Of a stretch of DNA of 64,000 nucleotides, positions 25,301-39,400 are shown piece after piece. The position numbers and the translations under genes are program-made. Position 1 is the stretch's first letter. Each line of letters opens with the position of its first letter. The notes under the pieces were generated by a model. That model was not told where the DNA came from and did not search any database. It was given only the letters and a program-made list of their open reading frames with translations. This DNA comes from Nymphaea colorata (lineage: Eukaryota). The stretch lies in contig NC_045138.2 in assembly GCF_008831285.2 (NCBI RefSeq), positions 6,696,001 through 6,760,000 on the forward strand, read 5' to 3'.

Positions 25301-28300
25301 AATTGTAAAGCATGACTGGCAAAAATCCTTTACCCTTCTGTGATTCATCTCAGTACCTTCTAATGTCTATAAAAGTTTGTAGAAACTGAGAATACAATCT
25401 GGAACTTCAGTTGATAGAATTTCATTGTCTTTTTGTTCTATAAATTAAAGTTCACACTTCACAGATGTGCTATAACTTTACGACTGTGTGCAAACCACCA
25501 AGAGTCAGCTGCTCTGTCACATGGGTATGAGTGCAGGTCTGGGTACGGGTGCAGATCACGTTCAAAATCAGGGGTACAGGAGTACGGCAGTGGATGTACA
25601 TATATTATAATATTATATATATGAAATAATCTGGAAAATTGCATTCATTAAGATTTTAAACAGACCAAAAGTGCACCATTCACCATTGCGATCATGATTC
25701 ACCAATCCAGGTTTGATATCATCCAAATTGGATACATTGATCTAACATGACCTCGGTGCTAGCAAGATGCTGCCTTTTGCTGCTTTGCAGCAGAAAATAG
25801 CAACAGATAATAAACAAAAAAACTGAAAAGGAGTAGGTGCTAACGAGTAAGAATAGTCACACGCACATAGTAATATTAAGTTATTAACAATGAATGAATA
25901 ATGAAGAAAATAATGAAACAATAGAATCAATAGATGATTAAATTGAGCAAAAAATAAGGAATAACACATAAGGAACAAAAATTGACAGATAAGAGACAAA
26001 AGACAGAAAAAAATTGAATAATGAGGGTGCAAAAATGGGGCAAATCAGCATGGACGGCTGAAAAACGACAGAAATCGAATGATAACCATACCTGCCATTG
26101 GAAAAGTGGATGAAATCCACCGGACATTGTAGGGTTTGCTGAGAAAAAAGAGGAAGACAAGCCTGCTGTAGGTGGCTTCCTTCGCTGGAGATATTAAATG
26201 CTTACCGGAAATAGATGCCAGGTGCTGGAAAAATCTCCTCCACCAGTTACTTGCCCAAAACGCAGCAGCATTTGACCCTTCGACGTTGGTCGAAGGCTGC
26301 GATATTTCAAATCATTGTGTATATACGGTGCTGTAAAAAAAAACCAAAGAAAACCCCAAAATGGGACCAAAATGGACTTGGTCAAATTTGACCTAAGAAT
26401 GGACTGACATGGGGTCTGGGTCCATGACGTGTCAGGCTTCTGTCAGCTCGACACAGGTACAGCACCTTTTGAGGTGCACCCGTGTATGAAAGGGACTCAG
26501 CTGGTGTTGTTTGAAGTGCATAACAGTCTGGTATGGTCATTTTTTGTTATATGTCAAGGAAAAGAAGAACCACTATCTCTGCAGATTTTGGCAGCCCTCT
26601 TGCTCATAAAGCCCTTGGGGTTCCCGCTCACCTTCACTGTGAGTGGATCTATCTTGATCTTATTCATAAAGGGACATGTAATTACATGCATCTTCCTTCA
26701 TGCATCCAAGACATGAAGCGGATAAGTGCATGCTTCCTTCTGCATACATCCAAGACATGCAGAGGATAAGCACATGCTTCCTTCTGCATATATCCAAGAT
26801 GCACAACTTGAGGTTGACTTGGCTGCAGTACAAGCTGATTTTCAGAGGCAACTAACTGCACCAGATTTTCCATGTGGCTCGCTAGTGCCTACCAGTTCAT
26901 GATGGTAGCCTTTAGAACTTAAACTGTGTGTTATGTTTCTTTTTCTTCCATTACCAACCTCCATACCCAAAGACTGACCTTTTACACACTCCTGGTTTGG
27001 CCAAAAAACTGGCAGACAAGTCTTTTCTATTTGATGCTCTCGGATGGAAGCATCTCCTAGGGATGAAAGTTGTGAACAGGCGGGGGACTAAGTCTTTTGC
27101 TTGTTTTGTGATATTCACACAAGTTTGTTGGACAAAACCATGGTTGTTGTGTACGAGAATGAGAAAGCATGCAGTATTTTTTCTTGAAATAAATATTCAA
27201 ATTTAAATTCTAATGGATTACAAATTTTTATGACTTCTTCCATGAAATGACTTGCAAGTTGCGGCCATCGTTGACATAGTTAACTAAAGTTCAGTAAGAT
27301 GAGAACACTTGCAATTGCCTGAAGGAATAAATAAACCAGTGAGGGCTATGAATGTGGAAAATTCAAACTAACATAATTTCTGCTTTATGTGAAGATGTAT
27401 GGAAGACTTAATGAGCACAACTCGATATGTGACTTGGTCTCTGCACAATAAGGTGATACAACAGTGACCTTGCTTTACTTGAAAAGTTGCATATTTTGGT
27501 TATGCTCTTTTCTTAACCTTAGTTTTCTCTAACATCCACCTTTTTACTTTTAACCACAAGAATCGAGCTGGCTTGCGCCATTTTTTGGATTCATTTGCTG
27601 GTACTGAGCATTCCACTCTTGGTGGTGCATCTATTGTTGGAATCGCTTCTCAAGAAATAGCTAATGGATCTGCTGCTACTGAGAACAAACAAGAAAACAA
27701 GGCCAAGGGTGATGTGAAACACAACCATGTTGGACTAGAAACAAGTGCCTGTACCCAGACCACTGAAATGAGATTGGTTGACCTGCTGGACAACACACTG
27801 TGGAATAGAAGACTTGCTCCATCATCTGAGAGAATTGTTTATGCATTGGTACAGCAAATTTTTCAAGGCATAAGGGAGCACTTTTTGGTATCTGCAGAAC
27901 TTAAGGTACGGTTCCTTATCCTTCTGGATCCTCTCCTTTTCAGTCTTTTAATTTTTTAGTACATAGTGTTTAATCTCTTTGACTAGTCTCTGAAGTTGTC
28001 AGCATCACTGACATCCTTGTTTCATAATTGCCATGAAAGAGTAAAGTAACTTAAAAAAGAGTGTTGCTGACATAACTGAATGAGCAAATATTATAGTCTA
28101 AATATTATAATCTTGTCACTTTTTGTGGAACTTACACAAACTATGTTTAAAGTTTGTCATTTTCATGTGAAATAAAGCATATTAAGTTACTGAATTCAGA
28201 CTATTCAGTAAATATTGTCATCTTCTCACTTTTTGTGGCAGGAACTTATGCAAACTATAAAATACATCTAAACTTTAAACTTTGTCATTAACATGAGAAA

Positions 28301-28547
28301 TAAAGCATATCAAGTTAATAACTTATGTGGCATACAGGTGGCTAAAGGAATAGATGTCAAATACCTGTGGGAGCTAATATGAGAAACGATGAAAATAAAT
28401 GTGAGGTTGCTCTTGAACTTGTCATTCATGAGCTTATAGGCAATAGCATCTTCATTCACCTGACTGGTGTAACCAGCTTAAGATCTTCAAGTTTGAATAT
28501 TTCAGCTGCATTTTGTGGCACGTAGGGGTCTGACTGACTCTAGTTTG

Positions 28548-28629
<82 letters not shown>

Positions 28630-30484
28630 TCAGGAACCGTTTTCCAACTACCTTCAGTCATTGCATGTACAATGCTACTTAGTAGGCATGACTTTTCTCC
28701 TTTTCTTTTTGATGATTGTGAACTCCTTTAGCCCCATGCCATTCAGTGTGCCTTCCTTTTCAGCATTGCTAGACAGCATTATCTATATGTGTGTCTGTTG
28801 TGTGTGTGTGTGTGTTATGAATCTGATCATAATTAATATATTCATACAGACTCTTGAACAATTTTCATTTTTTTGTGTTGTGAACCTGATAATAACTAAT
28901 ATATATCCAGACTCTTGAACAATTTTCAACAACCAACAAGATACCATGGTTAAAGGTAGTAAATGGGTTTTTGATTTGGATGATTAAAATATAGAGAATT
29001 GGATCTTTGTTGAAGCTGATGGACCATTAGACCAGAATTCAGGAATCATTTTTCAACTACTTTCTATTATTACATGTATAATCTTACTTAGTGGCCATGA
29101 CTTCTCTCTTTTTTGTTTTTGATGATCATGAAACCCCCTAGGCCCATGCCATTTAATGTGCATTCTTTTTCCTTGAGACAACCCCCAGTCTGGTTGACAA
29201 CTATGACAGTGCTAAACCGTATTGTGTGTGTGTTTGTGTGTGTGTGTATAAATATTACGAATCTAATCATGTTTAATATATTTACAGACTCTTTAACACT
29301 TTTCAACAACCATTAAGATACCATGGCTAAGGGTACTACATGAGTTTGGATGATAGAAAAGCAGATAATTGGATCTTTGTTGAAATTGATGGACCAGAAA
29401 ACCAGAATTGAGGAATCATTTTTCAACTACTTTCAGTCATTACGTGTAATCCTACTTAGTAACCATAACTTTTCTCTTTTCCTTTTTGATGATCATAAAC
29501 CTCTCTAGGCCCATGCCATTTAATGTGCCTTCTTTTTCCTGGTGAGCTTGACATCTATGACGTTGCCAAATGGTATTGCGTACATTATGCCTGGATGAAC
29601 ATAACTTTCAATTAAACAAGTTATGGCCATCTTTTATGACCTTAAATGGATCAAATGGCCCTCATTTATTCTTGGGGTTTATTATCTTTGAAACAAGCTA
29701 GGACACATTTGGCAGATGCTAAAACGGAATTGGAAACGTGCTCCTTACATCACAAAATATTGAGAGAATGAGGTAGACAGGCTTGTTGATTTGTAGGATG
29801 TTAATACTTCACTATTGGGGCGTGCACTGAAGCTGAAGTGAAAACTTCTCCAAGACTGAATACCAACAACCATGTAGATGTTGATATTTCTTGAGATTCT
29901 TTGATGTGTCGTGAAGTTTTTGATTTTGATATTTCTGGAGACCTTCGATATTGCTGGTGGAAGTTGCTTTTTAGTTCATCTCTATTTGTTTATATTTTTT
30001 CCAGTTAGTGGGCTTCACTGCTGGACAAGTATCTGACACGTGTGGCCTCTTTGCATGCTAAGTTTAGGTCAAAGAGATTTAATTTGAGTCTTGGAAATAC
30101 AAGTTTCCTGATTTTAACTGTTTTTACTTCAGTTCAACTGTTTCCTCCTCATGCCTGTGGTTGATAAGTTGCCTGTCCTACTGCGGGAAGACTTGGAATC
30201 TGCTTTTGAGGATGAACTAGACACAGTCTTCAATATCACTCATCTTAGACATTCTCTTGGACAAAGGAAACGTGAACATGAGCTTGAATTGAAGCGGGTA
30301 ATTCTCTGGTGATGGCATCTTTCCCTGGTTAGTTGGCAATATTTTCTTGACAAATTTTATGTATTTTCAGATTCTGAGGCTGAAGGAAAAATTTAAAGTC
30401 ATTCACCAGAACTTGACATCACAAATAGCCAAGGACGCTTGTAATGGAATTAAATCATTGACATTGATAGATGGACAGAGGTGA
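16381..30484 (+). CDS. DRP5A: Dynamin-related protein 5A (cytokinesis dynamin GTPase), 17 exons, 813 aa
   Basis: Motifs: G1 VVGHQTDGKS, G2 TKTRRP, G3 IDTPG, G4 TKLD, plus DRP5A-type GMRLYGGAQYHRAMAEF and TLWNRRLAPSSERIVYALV. Exons: 16381-16824, 18054-18218, 18937-19059, 19210-19431, 19915-20048, 20133-20225, 20500-20563, 20776-20824, 20983-21065, 23078-23235, 23329-23389, 24778-24840, 24982-25082, 27395-27452, 27561-27905, 30133-30297, 30371-30484. Total 2442 nt, in frame, TGA stop. Intron 11 needs a GC donor. Confidence 0.95.
21213..21655. mobile_element. hAT-type MITE (CATAGCCRCAA family) in DRP5A intron 9, copy 1
   Basis: Ends are TATAGCCGCAAATAT ... ATATGTGTGGCTATG. It is the reverse complement of the copy at 22087-22499. 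Confidence 0.85.
22087..22499. mobile_element. hAT-type MITE (CATAGCCRCAA family) in DRP5A intron 9, copy 2, inverted
   Basis: TIRs CATAGCCACAA / TTGCGGCTATG. 8-bp TSD ttaagaaa / taaagaaa (7/8). Confidence 0.88.
25512..26495. mobile_element. About 1-kb non-autonomous hAT-type element in DRP5A intron 13
   Basis: Ends CTCTGTCACATGGGTA ... CACCCGTGTATGAAAG are imperfect TIRs, with GGGTAC/GGTGC subterminal repeats. TSD gtcagctg (25504-25511) / ctcagctg (26496-26503). Confidence 0.75.
26685..26800. repeat. 44-bp tandem repeat, about 2.7 copies
   Basis: Unit catgcttccttctgcatacatccaagacatgcagaggataagca; starts at 26729 and 26773. Confidence 0.85.
28629..29581. repeat. Tandem triplication of a 370-410-bp unit in DRP5A intron 15
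   Basis: Units start near 28629, 29038 and 29409. They share aggaa(c/t)c(g/a)tttt(c/t)caactac and cccatgccatt(c/t)a, and the first two end with ttggatctttgttgaa...accagaatt. Confidence 0.9.
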
Positions 30485-33422
30485 ATATTTTTGTCATGGG
30501 TTGCAGTATGGAGCTTTGCTTCATCTCCTTCTATATGGCATTCGGGAAGCGATACCAGAGACTGGTTGTCTTGATTTACTGGAATGGCTGAATCAAGTCA
30601 ATTTCTGCCAGTTATGGAGCCACAGCATCTGTCTCTAAATTAAATGCTGAGTAATGAATCAACGGAATTGGTTCTTCATGCTAAACACTACGTTGCCTCT
30701 GTGGTAAATGGACTCTAGCACTTTGGTTTGTATGGATATCTCTTCCATAACAGAATGTCAAGCATTTGTTTATAGAGATTTGCTTTTCTTGTTCATTCTG
30801 TGTTTCTCGTAAGCTATAAATTTGTTCATTGCGGATATTGTTCTCTTTCCTTCATTCTGATGCCTGTTTTCTTCCTTATATTTCACCATGCCATTTAGGT
30901 AAGATGTCACCTGAGCGGCATAATGTTCATCTATTAAGAAATCAAGGTTCAAGGAGACATGTAATGTGCTAACTATGTTCTATGCATCACTGATCTCGAA
31001 TTGGTATCCTGTAATGCACCTCGAGAATGGGCTTGTTTGACTCATGTGGTGGGGACAGCACGATTGATTTGTCTTTAGTGAAATTCTGCATAAATGAAGA
31101 TATCATATTCACTTGGTATTGTGGAGGTGCATATTCCTGTTCTAAATGTCTTCGTGTGGAAAGGTAAAGCCATCTAGCAGTGCATCAATAGATTATTCTT
31201 CACTATTGGAATTATATCAAAAGTAAGTAAAAAAAATTAACGTGGTTGAAGGGCATGAAAATTTGAATTAAATTGGGAAAAGAAACTTGAATTTATATTT
31301 GATGCTTCGAAGCACTGCTGAAGCACTACTTAGTGATTTCTTAATGATCTTCGATGCACGAAACGTGGAATTTGGTGTTGGCAGATCAGGTTTGGCATGT
31401 GCCACGTTGAGGTACTGCAGAAGAAAAAATTGTCAAATTAGATCCAGTTATTGTAATCAATTAGTTGACTTGTTGGTTGACTTTGAAACAGGAAAAAAAA
31501 ATATTATCTAATGAGACATGAAAAAATCGGTAAAATAGAATTAGATCCACTAGTTAATTTTCTCAAAGTAGAAGAGTGTACTCCTATCTGTTACTAGGTT
31601 TTTCAGTAAGATTAATTTTGATTTGCTATGCTTATGTGCCTTCTCATTATTGTTTGATGCAACTGCTAAATGCACACGGGCACTTCATGTGGTTGCCCGA
31701 TTCTAGAGAGGAACCTCCGCTATTTCAGCTCTTACATATGCGGTTATCATTCATAGTATTGGCAATAAATGTGATGTTTCGAAAAATTAAGGCCTTTTCT
31801 CCTCTTCTGACGGAAACATCGAGGGATGTTTCTAGGTTTAGAATTCGGATCGATGAAGCTGCTGGTTCGGTGAACCGGCCAAGTCAGTGATTCAGCTGAA
31901 TCATCAAAAAGTATTTAAGAGTTCGTTTTTTTATCAAAGTAAATGAAAAAATATACATAATTTAAACTAGATCTTAAAATGACGGATTTCGTGCATTGTT
32001 TACTGAAACGAGTCACTCTGTTGTGGTTTGGTTTGAATGGGCAAACTCAGATCGACTTTGATATCATTGAGAAAAACCCATGAATTGTTCTTTAAAGTGG
32101 ACCTAAGGGAACCAATGAATTTTGTTAATGTGACAAACTGTATGATATGTTAGCCTTTTCAACCTCAGAGAGTTACCCTAAAGAGGCTAAAAGCCCTTTC
32201 TCTTTTCCGAAGACCCTAAGGAGGCTGAAACTTGTCCTTTTCCCTGCTTTGGGGTGCAAGACTGCTTCCAGATGTATTAGGTTACAGTTGTTTTCTTCAA
32301 CTCGTGTTCTTCTTTCCCTTGCTTTACTTCGGGTCCGTTTCTCTTGTTTTACTTTGGATCCAATACTGCTTCAGGATTTTTAGGTTATAGTCATTCTCTA
32401 TTGAGGTTATAGTCATTCTCTACAACTCAAGCGTAATGCCTGGAACCTAGATTACAATTATTCCTTTTATTATCTCAAGAGTATTTCTGTCACCATATGC
32501 AGTCCAAAGAAGTGCCCCCCACCTGGAAAGAAAGCCAGCTGTTTGAGTAACAAGGGAAGCCCTTTGAATTATTTGAACATAATGGGTCGACCGGACTGCA
32601 AGTTGTTGTCCTGTTCTTACTGGTTAGGTAATAAGGCTTCCAAATAAATCACTGCAAAAATTAGGCCTGAATTGAATCACTGGCAAGCCCAACCAATAAA
32701 GAGATGGTACGTGTCAGAGAATGTCCATTTTTTTATTATTTTTAAGATCTTATTAAATATGTGGGTTCAAGCACTGAGACGTTAACGAAAGAAAATTCAC
32801 TAAAAAGTGCTGTACCTTTCAAGGTTGGTTTGATTAAAAGAGCCCCAGTTCTGTTGATTGAAAGGGTCCCTCCAAAATTTCTGAAACTTGCAAATTTCTC
32901 CACGAGCCCATGCACCACCTGAGATGTATTACAGAGACGTTCTGCCAATAACCAGCAAAATTGAGAGCCATTCAGGTCATGAGATGTGAATCTGAAAAAA
33001 ATTTCCATTAATCATTAGCTGTCGTACAATGGGGAATTCCCAGCTAGACCATTCACACAAAAATCTTGCCTTCTTTCACTTTTCCCTTGTCTTTATTTTC
33101 ACTCTTATTGTCCAGAATGAAATTGTGCTCATGATCGTATGTAAATTTACAGACGCCAGCCGGCTCTCTTTTACATTCCAAATGCTGCAAAATCTTTTGT
33201 TAGCACACCAGGAAGATCCTCGATTGCACGCAAACTCAACGTCCCAGAAGAAGCTTGAGCATCACGTGGAGTTATGCAGCTCTCGAGATAAAAACTGCAA
33301 CAAGAAATAATCAATCACATCAGGCCTAACCCTCAACACAAGGAAGCAACACACTAAGAATGACTGAAATGTGATACACCCTTGTATTAATACACTAACG
33401 CCCAAAGAAATCAGCGTCAGCT

Positions 33423-36400
33423 TCACGTTGCACTCTTCTGCATCAGACGGATAGGTTTTATGACCATGTCAAGGTCTGGTTTCGGCAAATCCAACACAAG
33501 GTCTTGGATGGGAGCCTCCAAGACACCGCATGAAAGCTCGCCTGGCTGTGCTGCTTCATTACGATCATCATCATCGTCCTTTATGTCTAGACTGATATAA
33601 TCAGCAAACTTGCCACAAGAAATGAAGGCATCTTCAGAGATCCTCTCTACAGACTGCTTATTGTCGGATATAGCTGTTCCTGATTTTCCCACATCAAGAA
33701 GTCTGGAAACAAAATAACGTCCCTCAGTGGTTTTCTGTCTCTTTCGATGTGATTGTTTTCCAGGTTTGTCTTTCTTCTTTGGATGATGAAGCCTGCATGT
33801 GGATCTCTGTGTGCATATTCCTGTTGACTCGTATTGTGGACAGGTATAGCTATGCTTTTTATCACACTGCATTTCAAAAATGAGATAAAAGCAACTTAAA
33901 AGGCTGGGAATACCAGTCGATAAATATAAGTGCATGCTAGATATCCATTCAACATCTCTGTTCACGATAGGCAGCATTTTCCTGTTACAATGACGATCAT
34001 GCAAATTGCAGTCATTCATAACAATAAAACGAGACTGCAGACAAATGCAGATGGTTGCACTTACACATGCTTCACTAGCACAGGGAAGCCATGATAAATA
34101 GAAGGATACAGGTGTTTGTTAAAGACTACCTCTCTGCCAAATATCCAAGCTGAGAATTCCATGTGTCAGGGTTTTCCATTGACTGGCCTACCTCAGGTTG
34201 GCTAGGCTAGAATCAATTGCATATGTGCAGTTGAAGAGTTATGGTCCCAAATTCTCGTCTATGTCATGGCATAAGCCATAGTAACTCTTCTTTCTTTGTT
34301 CCCATTTTGCTAGGTACGTTCTGGCCAGGGAGGAAAAAATGGATCTATGTAGCTAGGATGCAACACAAACCATATCCAATTTAATACAAGGCATGCGAGA
34401 CAGTGCCAACAGGAAACAACTTCCTAGTTATGAAAAGCATTAAAAAAGTACCTGGAACAACTGTAACATCAATGCTCGCTAATGTTTTGCGTACTACTGA
34501 CTTTGTTGGACCTTTTTATGGATGATAATATAAGCACATGATTACCAAACAAACTAAGTGATGCTGTTCCTTCACCTATAGACCCATGATAGAGAAAATG
34601 TCAAAGCTATTGTTCACATGCAAAACAGGTGTACTATGTATAGTTTGAGAAAAAAAAAAGGAAAATTGAAAGTAATCAAAATACATTGATAGGCAGAGAA
34701 AAAAACTAAAATGGAACCATGAAGGAGTAGTGGCTCGCAACTTCCACAAACCATACGCTCCAAATTAGTACACAAAGGATAGGAAGCTTAACAAAATAAC
34801 ATGAAAAGCATGTAACAAAAGGTTTTCATTGTGAGAAAAAATAACATATTTGAACCCTTCTACAGAAGATTGTATTCATCTTGTACGTTGTGTATAACTT
34901 TTGTGGAAATCCATAACAAAATACCTGCAAGAAACCACCTCTCCAAGAAGTATATAAAGAATCTCATGGAACAACAAGTGTATAATTAGTCAAGAAAAAG
35001 TAACGGATCAAAAAAACAAATGACAAGCATTCTGAAGTGCAAACGGGAAAGCAAATAAATGAAGGGCAATATATGATGAGCAAGCACGTGACAGATTCCC
35101 TTTTTCCCTCTCCCTCCCCTCAGGTGAGCAAGGCAGCAAACTAAGGTATTCTGAGGGCAACTTGACAGTCTAGTAAATAAACAAAGGCAACATGATGTGC
35201 AAAGCTAGTGCCAAAACACAGTCCAACAAGGATCACCCAGTGATTAGCAAGGCTTGTGCCAGTGCGGCAATCATCAAGTATTCAAATCATTAGACAAAGA
35301 AAAATATATCCAACTAAGGTTTGTGCATCTAATTGAAACAAACCTCATCACCATCAGCACAGTAACCTTTGAGAAACCCCTCGCAGATAGATGCAGCAGG
35401 ATTTACATTTACATGTCTGTACCGGCAACTTTCATTGCTACACAAACCTGTTCAGAGAAAGATTTATATGGAGAGAGAGAGAAGTGTACTTCTAAATAAT
35501 GATGTGATTTTCTATTTGTGTAATAAATTGACTAGATAGCATGTGATATAAGCTATATCAGTCAAGTTCTGTAAGGTAAAATCATCCTCCTAATTTGAGG
35601 TTGACTCCATGCAGCCGCTATAAATCATACAGCTCAAGGGACTGGCAGCAACTTGGAGATGTCTAAAGCAACTAAAACATGACTATTGCATCTGGTTCAA
35701 GCTTATAAGTTCTCAGTTACCTTGCAAGAAAAATGAACAATCTGGCATTCTTTCTGGTATTACCTGGCCAAATAACAAGATAGCATATTATCACAAATAA
35801 ATTTGGAAGGAAAAAAAAATGGAGAAACAAAGTAGCTCAGCGTACCTTGTGGGTTAACTTGCAGTTCTCATTTAAACAAGAGCCTTTCAGAAACTTTGTA
35901 CAGATAGCAACCTTATCAGGATCGTGAATATATGGACATTTTCCATCACTCTTGTTGCATTTCCCAAACCTTGTAAAAAACTGACAATATTGTCTTTTTC
36001 TGGCTAAACGTGATCTAACTGTGTGCAAGCTCCATTTGACTTTCTCATTCGCCAGCATACGTGTCAACCTCTTTGGATCTCTCACAAGCTTGTTACCACT
36101 CCCAATTCGTACATACCTATTTAAGTGACAAAACAAATATGTTTTATGCTGCTAAATGACATAAATTCATCCATATAATCTTATATATATCATCCATCTC
36201 CAAATAGCTGACAAAACGACCCTTTGCCCTTCTCAAGTGGAAATATAAGTTTCTAAAGCCATAGGGAAGCCATCAAACACAGACTCAAAAATTTGATACT
36301 GTCATGTTAGCAATCTTCTTTTGAACCTATATCACATAGAGCATGGTAGAAATCAGAGGCACTGCAGTGCTTTGGAGCTTGACAATGCCCCTATGGTTCT

Positions 36401-39400
36401 AACTTTCCCCTTCCTACCACAAGATGCAGTCAGACATCACGAAAAGCAACCCAAGGGTGCCACAGGGAGAAGGAAAATCAAGACCAGCCCATGAAAAACA
36501 GATAAAAAACCTATACAGACATCTGAAATCGCACGCCTGTCCAGCACATTTATACGTCAGTCTAGAAGAATTTAGCTGATATCATACTCTGCAAATGAAC
36601 AAAAGGGACGCAAGAAACACAAAATCCACAAGCTCAAAAGCAAAAAAGGGGGAATTATGAATAAAGGCATGATACTTACTCATTGTTTCCGATCAACAAC
36701 CTCTTTGGAACAAAAGATGGTTTTTTGCTGTCTTCAGATAGCTGACTAACAGAAGAAGTGACCTTTTCATCTGCAGCACACAATTATAACTGGTAATCAG
36801 ACAAATGAGAAACAGCATAGATATAATTAATTTCCAACGTTTCAAGGTACTTGGATCATAATAAGCAAACAGAACATCAACGTCTAAATATGCAAAAGGA
36901 AGAGCTTGTTTGAGCACCCATTTTACCTGAAAATTCTAACCAAGAGAATAATAGGAGAAAAGGAACAATGTTTTGTGCATACAAGTCACAGTGAAACAGC
37001 ACACACTAATGTACCTTATCACCTGACACATAACCTACTAAATGTATAGCACTAAAATTTGGAGACATCAGATACACCATATATTACATATGAAACACTA
37101 TGAATTGACCAGAAATGAGAATACTAAAGTTTCAGGGACCAGGAAATTTGAACCGTAAATGGTGAATGGCAACACAAAATAAAGAAACTAGTAGCTGTTG
37201 ATTGAGCTTGGATGCATCATGTGATAATCCAAAACCCACGCTAAGAAGGACTCGTATCTAGAAAATCTATTACAGAAGAGCTGTGCCACAGAGACAAAGG
37301 TGCAATAGCCTGTGAAGGCAATTTCAAAAGCCATAGGTGTGAGGCTTCAAATATCCTCTCTCCCATTTTCCTATTTTTCTTTTTACCCCTTTCTTTTGGA
37401 ACAGGGTATTTCAAATATTATATGCCATTTAAAACGTGAAAGATAAATGGCTTTCAGTGTATCTAAAATATTATAATACAAAGCATTATAAACTTTTCTA
37501 TGTTAGGGAAAATTTGTCAAGGTACCAATTTTTTATTATGTAAATCATATCTTTCCTTGAGTAAAATATAAAGTACACACACAGGTATGGGATGGAACAT
37601 TGGCAAGGATACATATACATGTGTGTGCATGTATATATATATATATAGTGTCAGACCTTTAGGTGATAGACTAGTAAGAAATTATCCTGATCGTTAATCT
37701 TTGCAAGATAATAGTAGAGAGAAAAGGAGGAAAAAAAGATAGTGCCTTTCAACTAGCATTAATTAACAACTTTTTCTCCTTCCTTTTCTATACACCATCC
37801 ATGTTGGAAAGATAACAATGAAACTAGCAATTAATAATTAACAAAATCTGATTGGGGCAATGATTCAATAAAAAAAAACAATTTGTTTGTTGCAGCATCG
37901 AAGCTGCACCCGCACCGGAGTCGTGTTGACTCGGTATGACAAACTTTTTGAAGAGTATTAGTTACTTAAATGATAAAAGTTCAATATATGCAGTCTAGCA
38001 AGGGATGCGAATGGATCTCATTCAAATTGAATGGACCCTTTACCGTATCCAATCTATCTGATGTTCACATATTCAGATTGGAATTCAGATGAAGAAAAGT
38101 CTTTATTAGATCCAAACCCAACTTTTAAATTTACTACCATACCAAATCCAAATCTGATTTTTAAATTCTTAATTGATTCCCATCCAAAATCGCAAATTTC
38201 TGTTGGCCTTGAACCAACACCAGGGCCTGAGATTAAATGGGTACGAAGCCAGAACTTGCTGTACATGCCCGCATACAATGTTACCAATAAAATTATTTAT
38301 ATTAATAATAATTTAATATAATATTTTTTTCTCACATGGACCACATGTTAGATAAATTACTATGACTTCTTATGGAACCCCATCCCTTTTATAACTTTTT
38401 CAAGGCCCTTACTTTTTTTCCTCTATTGAATAAGGAGACCTCATCCTCCTATTTCATTCTTTAGTCTTATGTTGAAGAGGAAGGAGTGTGAGGCTGTGAG
38501 CCTTAAAAATTGTTATAAAAGGGGATGATGGTGACTAAAAAAAAAATACAATGAAGGCCTTTGCCCCTTGCCTTGAGGGCTAGTGATCAGGTAGCCTCCC
38601 TGTGTCTAGGACCCTAGGCTCTACCTGGCCCAATATTAGCTATAAGGTATTTCATATAAGTAACTATGACTAGTTTCTTATTATCTAATCGGATATTCAT
38701 TTAAAACCAAATCTGAATCTGAGTCCAATTGGATCCTATTCCTTAAAACCAAATCCAATGTTAAAATCGATGTTGAATTATTTCCCATATTCGACTAATG
38801 TAAAGCAATTCAGTCAGGTATCCAATCTAAATCTGATCCATCAACATCCCTAAGTCCATGTCACATGGATGCAGATATCGTTGTGGATCATTTTTAGAAA
38901 ACTTGGCTGCAAGGACACATATAGATAGACCATTATCATAAATATCATTTATGCCTTTACATGTTTTAAACAGCAAGGTTTTTCTCGGATATAATCCAGT
39001 AAATTTTTATTTTTATTTTTTTTTTGGGGGGGGGGTGAATCTCGTCAAATTTTAAAATTTTTAAAAATAAAATGAAAAAATAAATGCAGTAATAGAAAAT
39101 GCAAAAAACACGTGAAAAAAAAACCATGTTTTTCTTGTTTTGGGGGAGTTCTTTTTGTTTGGTGTCTTTCCAAAAAGACAGGTCTTTTGCAGTTTTTCTC
39201 GAGCTGACCTATTTTTGATGCATAAAATGGGTTTCTCTGAAAAAATGCACCTTTGTGACAATAGCAAAAAAATGTAAATATGGTTATGCTGCCTCCAAGC
39301 TGTGTCCCACCCCATGTTTGGCTATGTTGACATAGATTTGGTGTCTCTCCAGAAATGTCCCTGGGACATGGTCTGTAGTTTGGTTGTAGTTTTCATTATC

